Part shown: in pieces, positions 53,498 to 64,000 of the stretch
Layout: each line of letters opens with the position of its first letter
Position numbering within the stretch: position 1 is the stretch's first letter
Assembly: GCA_030248215.1 (NCBI GenBank)
Contig: JASANG010000273.1
Span: 124,001 to 188,000 of the forward strand
Source: Enoplolaimus lenunculus
Taxonomy: Eukaryota
DNA length: 64,000 nt
Reading direction: 5' to 3'
The notes under the pieces: model-generated
Told to the model about the DNA's origin: nothing
Database searches by the model: none
The model's input: the letters and a program-made list of their open reading frames with translations, nothing else
Made by a program: the position numbers and the translations under genes

Positions 53498-55256
53498 TAA
53501 CTCTTGCCCTAAAACTTAAAGTTAAATTCAACTCAAAGATTTAAAATAAGTTCAATCCAGAAAAAATAATTGAAAAAACAACATAAAATATCGTTAAGAA
53601 CTGTTTCCAAAACAAAATCGTATGGTACTAGTAGTAGTAGTAGTAAATAGCTGTTCTGTCTAAAGTTGAAAATCAAAACACTTATAAAGGCGGTGGTCTT
53701 TACCTTTCAAAAGAGCTATAAAGCACCATTCGTTGTTGTTGTTGTTGTTGTGTCGTGATTGTATATATTTTAATTATATACGTACATATATACATATATA
53801 GTACTCATCAGGGGCGTATACAAGAATGGAGTTGGGGGCCTCCCAAAGAAATTGTTAAAAAAACCAAAAAATAAGCTGCGTAGATCAAAATTTTTTCTCG
53901 ATCGCAAAAAATAAACGTTTATACGTGGTTATTCACTCCCGAAATGAAATTGTGACACGGATGTCGCATACTGTAAACTGTTCATTTTTTAAGGTCCATC
54001 CTTTACCAACGGTTCTATCCTAGTAGATTAGCTAAATTAGTCTAACAAATCTAACTTATAGTCTCTCTAAAACAGCGGAGCTGTAAAGGAAGCATTAGGA
54101 AGAGGGACACTGCAGCCGTGCAATACGAGTTGATATTTGTCTGGTAGTAAAAACACTGAATAGGCAAAGCAATTTGCCAATGAAATGCTTAAAACAGAAA
54201 TAATTTACTCGCGTTGTCGAGAACAAAGCCTTCCCCCCAAAAAAACCTAAATTTCTCGGTGGGCGCATTAAAGTAGATGCCTAGCTGTTTTGCTGATGTT
54301 CCTTCGATTCGGAGGCTCAGAAAGCTGAATAATCGCAAGCTTTGTCGTCTAACAAAACTGGTTTGGGGCCGCTTTGGCAGAGAAACATAAAACTTAAAAA
54401 ATATGCCTTTGGTTCCTGTCAAGAGGGGTAGCCAGGGTTTTGGAAATGTGGCTACGTTCTGCAAAAAACCTTTGAAATAGGGCCGTCGATGATTTATAAG
54501 AAAGGCTGAAAATATTTTAGGGGGGGTGCAAAATTCTTCCAGGGGGCTGAGCTAACCTGTCCCCCTTGGCTACGGGCCGGGTCTGAACCGGGGGCTTCTT
54601 CCACTAAAAGCTGAACATTTCTGAAAAAAAACTCCTAAAAAGTTGTTTAAGAATCGCAAAGGGGGATAGCCCCCGAAATCTCTTAAACATGCCGTCGAAG
54701 TCAGAGTATAGTTTCAACGAAACAACTAAATACGTTATTAATAGGGATATAGAAAAACTTCTAAGAATGCCGCCATCAGTAAGTTTAAGGGCCGCAATCG
54801 TGGGGGTACAACTAAGAAAGTTATGTCACCCCCTCCCCGAGTTTATAGTTAATATCCAAATCTTTGTACACGGTTTACTGTATGCCAGGGTCGTAAACAC
54901 ATAAGTAGCCAGAATTTAAAACCGGGGGGGTTACGTTTTTTAAAAATTTCAAAAGCTGGGGTTTTTGTGTTGTCTGAAACCCTCCTGGCAACACCTTTCT
55001 GTCAGTACGGAGCCGTTCTGCGCACCATCTTCGCCTGAGCCGATAAGTATGTCGACAGCATTAATAGAATTTTGTACGTAAGCAAAATTCATCCTGCGCA
55101 CTATATGAACCATATCTGATTGTCACTCTGGGGTCCGAGATCTGAAATGTTGCAACAATGTTTGGTTTTGGATCAATAAAACTTTTAAGAAGATTAATAT
55201 AGGCGTTGTTGGAGCTATATATTCTGCACGACCCGTGTTCGAAGTTTTGCCCAACG

Positions 55257-55326
55257 TTAAATATCACGCCGGGAATCGAACCTCGGCCATCTTGTTCTCG
55301 AGTCAAGTATGCTACCACTACATCAT
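55257..55326 (-). mobile_element. tRNA-derived SINE-like head (second copy)
   Basis: Reverse complement ATGATGTAGTGGTAGCATACTTGACT...CGAGGTTCGATTCCCGGCGTG, homologous to 43078-43150. Confidence 0.6.
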
Positions 55327-57058
55327 GTGTGTCATTGCAACAACTTCTATACCAATATATGTGCACATGTGGCAATAGTTTTGCTTTACATACACTTACC
55401 GTGTACATATACGAACCGGCATGGCTAAGAAATACGAAATAAAAATCCAAGGTTTTTGTGAGAAATTACTATAGGAAGAGCCAAGTCCTCCTGTTGACCA
55501 CTTTCTAAAGAATGTCCCTCCCACAAATATAAAGACAATTTTAGGAACGTCTCAAAGCAGCGGCGGATCCATAAATTTCTGACGACGGGGCTGGAAAACA
55601 TTACGAAACGCAACTTTTTTTCTGTATGTTATGCATGTGCCAATTTTGTGACTAGGGAAAAATTGTATAGTAGGGACCTTAACATTTGATCACAAAACAA
55701 TGCCTGACAGGGGGGGCATACGCTATCATTCTGGATCCGGTAGTGCTCAAAAGAATTAGACAACATAGCGAATGATCGATTTGGTAAGAAACCAAAAATA
55801 TATGAAAGTTAAAGTGAATTGTTTTATCATAAAACCGACTACAATTTTTCTTCAACTTTTAATAAATTTAATTGAACGGATTAGAAGCAGACAGCGGCTC
55901 GTAGTTCTCTAAAGTACGACCGACTGTTTTTGGTTCAGAGGGACGCAATTTACTCACGTATTCTCTCAAATATATGCAGGACATATGGCCCGTTAGCGAT
56001 ACGTTTTCGGTTTTAAATTAAACAAATTGTGGATGAAAGATTTGTTCTTCTATAACGACCGAACCAAAGCCGTCGATAGGGAATATTCGGGCCCACAAAA
56101 CACGCCCGAGAGGGCACCCGTTGTAATGTTTCACAGCTCTATAACTTCGTGGTGACCGAAAAGAATTATTTTGCTAAGATGAGGCCCTTAATGGTCGGGG
56201 GCCACGATTCGTGGGTTCGGGGGGGATGGGTGTTCCGCCGGAACTGGGCAAAACAAATGCGAAGGTGTGGTAGATTTTGAAGCGCACCATTCGCTGGTTC
56301 GAAATTTACCGGATCCCGACTGTGGATATATGCTGCATCATTCGAAAATATGGGTACTAATTTTGTGTTTTAACTGAAGTATTTACTTAACTCAAAAACT
56401 TCTACTTGAGCAAAAAGTTGAACATCAAATAATTTTACTTAATTTTTTCAAACCAAAAACAGTAATCAGCGTGGAAGCCGACAGAATATTGGAAACTCAA
56501 GATTTCTGTTTCGAAAAGAACTAAAATTCTTCCAGCAAGTCCTCTTGGTTTACAGCATCAGCAATGTACGTCCCAAAATCCAAGTTTGAACTCATCAGTA
56601 ATTCCAGGTTCTTGTGTACTGTAACCACCTTAAGCAATACTTCATCAATACAGTAATTAGGCATACAACCAGAAAACAAACACTGTTCGACACATTTTGA
56701 TGACCACAGTGAAAGCTGCTATGACTTTGACCATTCCCAGCTAAATCATTTTTGATTTCAGCGATATCCCTACTTTGATTGTTGAAATCCAATAATTTCA
56801 CGTCATCGGCAAAAATAGAAATCCAAAATTGAAGCCTGTGGAAGTCCACTCTTAACGTACATTATACCTGAAAACGAATCATTTCACATTAACACACTGA
56901 GTTCTGTTCGATATATACGACTTGATCCATTGAAGTAATCTGTTAGAAATACCGTACACTTCAAGCTTGTTTACCAATTTAGCATGTGATTCGCTAGCAA
57001 ACGATTTCCAAAAATGACAAATAAACAACATTTTCAAAAACCTTACAGACATAACTAG

Positions 57059-57484
57059 CACGGTTCCAACAGGAACTAAATTTAGCCGGAGCAGGAACAG
57101 GAACAGGGATTGAATTTTCATGCAGGAACCGGAACAGGAACAGGAACCGGAATTTGAATAATTTTCATCACCGAATTATTGTGGGGCTTTTAAAAAACTT
57201 GCCAAAAATGGCTTAAGAGAATTTTCAGCTATTTCATCATAAGGTTTGCGAAAACACATCAGGAACAATTTAGCAACAGAAGTGAACTGGATACAAAAAC
57301 ACTAATTTTGACATAGAAAATTTCTCAAAGACAAAGTTTCCAATATTTAAATGATTGTGAATAATTTGCCACGATACCGTAAAATTTCCGGTTCCTGCAC
57401 CTTTGAATGCAGGAACAGTAACAGGAACAGGAACTGAATTTTTGCAGGAATTCCGGCCAGAACAGGAATTCCGCTTGAACCCTG
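57059..57484. mobile_element. hAT-like element with GGAACA/GGAACC subterminal repeats, inserted in the LINE
   Basis: CACGGTTCCAAC...GCTTGAACCCTG; flanks ataactag/ctaacaag. Relatives at ~16806-16910 and 50122-50267. Confidence 0.65.
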
Positions 57485-57811
57485 CTAACAAGTTAAGCAT
57501 ACAGGTCTATAATTTGCTAATATTGTTGCACAACATTTCTTAATTACCAGAATAACAATTGTATGCCGCTAGTGATCTGACAAATCAGCATCCTCAAAAG
57601 ATTTGACAAATAAATAGAAAATTGGTCGGAGGTCCAGCGGAAAATTTAGCTGGAAGTATTTTTTCAAATATTTGAAAGCAGTCAACTGATCAAACTGAAC
57701 ATATGAGAGCTTTTCGCGTGTACGATTTGCAAAATGTGGAATTTTATCATCAACATCAACAAAAGTGCTCAAAAATTGACAGTTCAATTCATACTTCCTT
57801 ATCGACAAACT

Positions 57812-57977
57812 GGCCCATGTATAGAACAGGGCCGGAACCGTAGTATGAGTATATTCCTAAGCCTAAGCGTATGGATGAGCCTAAGCCTAAGCCTAAGCAA
57901 AAAATTAGTCGAAAGCTTAAACTGACTCTATTGTAGCCCCTCCGGAAAACGATCCGGCCCTGGTCTATACATGGGCC
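57812..57977. mobile_element. Merlin-like GCCTAA-containing MITE inserted in the LINE
   Basis: GGCCCATGTATAGAACAGGGCCGGA...TCCGGCCCTGGTCTATACATGGGCC with flanks gacaaact/gacaaagt (8 bp, 7/8). Confidence 0.85.
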
Positions 57978-60900
57978 GACAAAGTTAACCAGAAATTCTC
58001 CGTTCCTAGATTTTAGATTAGGTGAAGACGTTTAAAAGTTTGTGTTAACAAAACAAAGGAAACTTTTCAAATTTCTCGAATTTAGGAATTTAGTACCTTA
58101 TTTTCCTCTGCAATTTTCTCACGTCAGATGACAACCTTCATCTGCATTATAATACGAACGTATTCATTCCTATTTCTTGAGCCGAAAATGCATTTCTTAT
58201 CCCGATTATAAGCATAAGCACACTGTTTCTGAACAATACGACTGTCGTATATGGACTGAATCATAACGCTTAGTAGAATAAAATAATCATATCACGCGTG
58301 TATGTTGCGGAGAACAAAACCTCCACAAGACTTGAGAGCCCCATCACACTTGACCGTCCGGCCAATGATCCTAAACGCTTCGTATCCAATAGTCCCAAAT
58401 TCCAATGCCAACGGCTAAGCCAAGATTTCAGATGATACAGAAAATATTCATGCGAGAAACGGTTAGAATTCAAAAACACTCAACTACTGTTGTAGCTATT
58501 TAGATTTTGTATATTTTATCAGCTGACAAATAATTTGGTATTTTCTAAACTAATACAATGCTCATTAAATATGTATGACACATCAAATTGGGTACGTTTC
58601 CAGGGACGCATATAAGAGAAGGAATAGATGCGATGTACCCCGTTCCCAAATTTATATAAGTAATCGAACACATTTGATATATTTTAAAATAACCTTCTTA
58701 ATTCATAAGAGTTAAAACGATTCGAATTAAATCATGGTTATTCCCATCTAAAATGAATTCCTTGCTACGTCTCTGTACGTTTCCGTAGTAAAGGGACACT
58801 ATTTTAATATAAGATAATATTTCACGGTACCCAGAGTGGCCCGTAGCCACGGGGGGACTGATGACGCTGAGTCACCCCTTGGAAAAACTTGGCCCCCACT
58901 AGGAAATTTTCAACCTTGCTTGCAAGTCATTAAAAACCTTTGTACGTCCCTCCTGAAATTTTTTTAACCCCCACTAGCAAGGTGATCTGATTACGTTCCT
59001 GTACCTAGATCTCTACCTTATAGCATTAAAGCATGTTCCTATCTGATTGTGTGCCCGAGCTTCAATTTAAAACACATAAATAAAACAAATGTGGCATTCT
59101 AGATCTCGCTATTCAGCGGTGTACAGTCCATTCTGCGTTCGCGGGATCCAGCTGGCCCGTAGCCAAGGGGCCAGTGCGGGTGCTCAGCTCCCCTGGACAA
59201 ATTTTGGCCCACCCAAAAAAATTTTGAACTTTGCATGTAAGTAAACAAAAACCCTTGTATGCCCCTCGTGAAAAATTTCCCCCATAACAAGTTGAGCTGG
59301 CTAGGGGCTTGAGTGCAGCATTTAAAATACCGACTAAAATATTCATTCTTAAGACATAATTGACAAATCGATAACAATGGTTCACTGAGACATCTGGCTG
59401 TAGTCGGCAGAGGGGAGGCCGTTAGGCTCAGCCCCTACAAAAATTTTGCCTCCTAGAAAATTTCACAATTTTGCTTGTATTAAAAGCCATCGAAAGCCTT
59501 GTAGGTATATGCCAGTGCTGGAAATTTTTAGCTTCCCCTAGCAAGCTTAGCTGGCTAACGAGACAATGTCCTTAGGTAACAGAAATGAATGCTGGTTGAG
59601 AGACGACCAACCTGCCCGTGGGTACGTCTGCACTGTTCCTAACAGATATGAAAGACGGATACGATATCATATGCTAAACCGGAAACCAACGCTAAACAAA
59701 TTGAGCGTGATACGCATAGCTAGGATTTTGGTATCGTACGGCCAACAGCGCGTACTTCCATGGGCGTAGCCAGGATTTTATTTTGGGGCGGAATAACCAC
59801 GTCTAAATGTCATAGAGCGAACGAGCGTAGCAAGCGAGAGAGAAATATTTTTTGCTCTCTTCAGGTTATTTTACACCTTGTAAAGGTTTCTTTTCGACTC
59901 TTTCCATGAATTTTAGGAGATTTCGCCCCTCCGCCCGCTTGTATACGCCATTATATATTCTATGAACGATATGGCGTAAAATCAAATTGCCTCACAGCTA
60001 TCATTTAGTTACTGACACAACTTAGTTTTTCAATGCCAGTTGTACCCTATTAATGCTTAAACATTTGCCTAAGCCCAAGCTTATATACTCGCCTACACCG
60101 TTGCCTAAGCCTAAATCCAAGCAAATGTGAGGAAAGGTGTATAAGAGTCGATGTTTCACCATGAAATCTGTGAAGAATTTCAAAAATAAACACTGCTGGT
60201 AGCCAAAGGAAAACCAGGACGCTCAGCCTTGGCGAAAAATTTTGATCACCTAGGAAAAAATTTTGCCACCGTTTCCAGAAAAATTTACACTTGGACTGTA
60301 AGCCGTCCAAAATGCATGGATGCCTACCTAAACGTTTTTAGCCACTCTCCCTTTCAAGCTAAGCTGGATTCGTGCTCGATAACACTGTCTAAGGTAACAC
60401 AGGTCACTAGTCTATAGCAGATTTGCAGTACTGATTTAGATTATTTAGATGTTTGTATGCCAAAATTGTTAAACATATGCTGTTTCACGAACATGCAAAT
60501 GAGGTTCCAATCTTTCAGAATTAATTAATTTAATTATAAGTATAACAAGCAGACCCTAAAAGCGGCAATAGATACGGGGTAAAAGAAGAATTCGTGCGAA
60601 TTAGGCCGGCGATGTATAAACAATGGCCGTAACAGTAATATAAGCCATTTCTAAACGTATGCCTAAGCTTCAGCGGAAGAATAAGCATATCCCTAAGCCA
60701 AAGCCTACAGCAAATGAATTAGTCTAAAACTCAAGCTTACTCTATAACGGTACAGCAGAAAACGGGTAGCCCTCAGCTATACATTGTGTGAAAAGCATAA
60801 AAATGTTTTTTACAGGTTAGTATGACTTTTTGAAGTCTGAAATAAAATTAAGTTCAACCTAAATTATAACCCAAATAAAAATAGGAAATCCTTGCCAACC

Positions 60901-63332
60901 TTTGAACCCACGAGCTCAGGCTCGAAAGCCCAGCGTTTTATTCGCTCGGCCATCCAATCATGCCATTTCGTTTTATACAACCATTTCTATTCTGTGGTAT
61001 ACTGAGGTAAGGCAACCACCGTACAAAGGGCCGGAGCAGCCGCCCCCCATACCGCCATTTGGGGGCCCCACCCCTAAAAGGGCCCCACCGTTACCGGTTG
61101 AAACAAAACCGCTTAATTTAAAATGCGTCAGGCTTCTCGCTCGCCGCCATTTTGTGTCCCAATCAAAAGTACTCCGTATCCCTAATAAGAGTCCATAAGC
61201 GAAAGAGTCCATAAACCCTAATTAGACTCCATAAATGCCAATTGTCCCTAATTGTAGTGCATAAATGACTCCAGGACCAAATAAAGTTCAGTTCGAAACG
61301 TTAAGCATACTTAAGCTTTGAAAGTACATTCCTAAGAATAACCCTGCATTATTGCTCAAGCTTTTGATACAAGACAAATAATCGTTTAATTCAACGGATA
61401 ATTAAAATACCGGATATATATCAATAACGAAAAGTGGCGGAGCGTGGGTTGAAAATAAATAACAGTCCGTAACCGAATAACACGGGGTTACCCTTTGGAG
61501 CGGCCAAATAAATATTAGTCCCCCTCTTATTCGGGTCACTTGAAGTATCAAACTTTAAACAACACTGGTTTCTTGAGAAGGGCACCAGCTATAAAACCGT
61601 ATGCGTAAAAATTTTTTGCGAAACAAATCACACCGTAGTGTAGTAATTTTTGAAACTGCAACAATCAACAAATACACCTGTGAATGCTATTTCAAAACGT
61701 TTTGTACCTACAACTGGCAATTTCTTTAAGTTTAAGTTTAAGGCTAACCCCAAAGCCTAAAGTCTAACCCCTAAGTGTGTTTAAGCCAAAAGAAATCAAA
61801 ATAGAAATATTTAATAAAAAATAAAAAGAATATATAATATTGTTTTAGTACAGTTATAATATTACAAAACAACTAAATTTCGAACACTTTTTAAACTAAA
61901 ATATACAAAAAGTACAGACGACTCCAGTTTAGTGTAGAAACCGTTCGATCGCAAAAGAAATCTGGGATTAATGAACATTAAATATAAGCTAATAGAACCA
62001 GGTCAACCATAGAATTTAGCGCAAAAATTATTCAGCTAAAAATTAATTTTCAGGGTGCGGTAAGAAAAAACTCTTGTCATACGAAATTAGGGCCGTAAAA
62101 AGATTGTGTGAGATGCTGCTGGAAATGTAGACGCTAGCACATAATTGACGATGAAACTAGGTTTATTTACCCAATAAGCATGGGCGGTGCCGAGCGTTAC
62201 CAGGTTCTCCCATCTTAAGCTTAACATTGGGCCTGCCTTTTAGATTGAAAAAGCAGGTTCAAATCAGCGGTGGATCCCGAAATTTCTGACCGGGGTTTTG
62301 GGTGTGCAAAAGGTATGAAACATAATTTTTACTGCATACTATATATGTGAAAATTTTCTGAGGCAAAATCGAAAGGTAACAAGGACCTTACCATTTTATC
62401 ACAAAAAGTTTTCTGATTGAGGGGGGTGTGCGCCCCCCTGTGAATCCGCTGAACAGGCCAGTAACAGTGGTATAAGCATATTCCTAAGCCTAACCCTAAG
62501 CGTAAAAATGAACTGACAATTAAGTATAAGTCACCACAAGAAATAGTCTAAAGCTTATACTCTATTGCAGTTCCGCAGAAAAACGTTCGGTCCCTGATCT
62601 TTACATGGGCTCATTCTTGAAACCTGTGCTGAAAATCGAAACAAAATCACCAGCCATGATAGACAGATTAATATAAATAGAACTGTACCCAGGACCTACA
62701 ATAAGGATCGGGAATATGTTACGGGTATGAAACTTAAGTATGGTAATATAAGTTTTAAAATTTTTGACCGATGCTTACATGACAAACCGGAAGATTCAAG
62801 CCAGATTTGAAAATCTGCGCAAAGACGCTTCTGAGGGGTTTAGGGAGCACACCACCCCTTACAATTTTTGTCCATGGATTTTAAATGGTTTTCGTGGTGG
62901 TAACATAGGAAATCTTGTTCAGAATTTTTAGACAACGTAAATCATCTTTTGCAAAATCTTGGCTACGCTCATGAATTTAAGCCTAAGCGTAACAACTAAG
63001 ACTATAAGTAGTCTAAGCCAAAATATAAGCCTAAGCCTATGTCTAAGCGAACGCCCAAAGCCCTAATACAACTTTGTTCAAACTTCTAAATACCAAGAAA
63101 CGAAAAAAATCCTTTTCGTCTATAACCTGATTTCGTGTGTATATTTTACTTTGAATCCCACTCTGGACCGAAATTCAATTTATCATTCAAAAAACCCGAA
63201 AAGCTTTGACAACCGCGCATCGCGGCGGCTTTCCCTACTCTCCCTCTTACAGTCATTTGTCACACTTGACTGTTGCTGACAATTGTCATTGTGGCCAGGA
63301 GGCATACTATACAAGCGAAACTGATTTGGGAC

Positions 63333-63680
63333 AGAATTGCACGCTAATACCAGGAAGCCGCGGGTTAACGCGGAACGGGTAAGAACATTTGGACGCGGGT
63401 ATACAAGCGGGTAAACAATTTCAAAGCGCGGATAAATATTTTTGGTTATTTACCCCCCTAAAATTTTCATACAAAATTTGAAACCAGATAATGTAGAAAA
63501 ACTTTAATTTTAAACCGTTTTTAACGTACGAGTGTAAAATGGGTAGCGAGTAACATCAGTGCACTGTAAAATTACGCAATTGTATTGAAGCAGAAATAAA
63601 AACAAGGTCGCGTAAAGGTGGGTAACGATAAAGAAATTTAGCGCGGGTGCGGGTAAAAATGAATGGTCGCAGCTAATTCT
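63333..63680. repeat. Dispersed element with reiterated CGCGGG(T) motifs, probably an old MITE
   Basis: Multiple gcgggt/cgcgg motifs; ends agaattgc...gctaattct. Confidence 0.4.
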
Positions 63681-64000
63681 AATTTCTATATAAGGTAACC
63701 CTTCATGAATGAACTAAGGGCTGCACCACGGATTTTACCATCATTCAAACTCAAGTCTCGGGTACAGGACAGATATACCGGCTTAAATTTTAAGAATGTA
63801 AAAAAATAGATTTGTAGATAAAAAATTCACACTCGCTCCGCTTGATCACCAATCCTGTTGTGTGAGTTATCGCATTTCGAAATGAAATCCTTGAAACACC
63901 ACCGTCGCATATCTAACCATAGGCTACTGATGTCCCTATACGCCGACGCGTTTTAAGCATCGCGGGTGCCATTTCAACTTTTAAAACAAATCACATGGCT

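Larger units (their letters stand above)
56400..58260 (-). mobile_element. Decayed non-LTR retrotransposon (CR1/Jockey-like RT), interrupted by MITEs
   Basis: Fragments FADDVKL (RT YADD motif), KSFASESHAKLVNKLEVYGISNRLLQWIKSYISNRTQCVNV (cf. KAFDSVxHxxLxxKLxxYGIxGxLLxWIxSFLxxRxQxV) and FLSTFVDVDDKIPHF; frameshifted. Boundaries are approximate. Confidence 0.8.

Overview
Eukaryotic (animal) genomic DNA, AT-rich and mostly intronic. A nematode source is inferred from the TTAGGC telomere-type hexamers and TTTCAG acceptors. The window carries the 5' part of a minus-strand cAMP phosphodiesterase-4 (PDE4/dunce) gene. The conserved UCR1 exon (RRESFLYR) lies at 40327-40827. A phase-compatible upstream exon (51406-52055) encodes a hydrophobic, Cys-rich N-terminus. 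A 2.37-kb low-complexity coding exon (21930-24298) looks like an alternative first exon that bypasses the UCR1 PKA site. I did not find the HGDD/UCR2/catalytic exons; they would be expected below coordinate 1. The introns are packed with non-autonomous DNA transposons (Merlin-like MITEs carrying TTAGGC, hAT-like, Harbinger-like, piggyBac-like and TA-TSD hairpin elements), tRNA-derived SINE-like heads, a decayed LINE, a probable decayed hAT transposase and several tandem arrays, two of which grew out of MITEs. There is no CRISPR array or prokaryotic system. I cannot support a wholly new biological system here; the most interesting signals are the PDE4 isoform architecture and the cargo carried by the MITEs.
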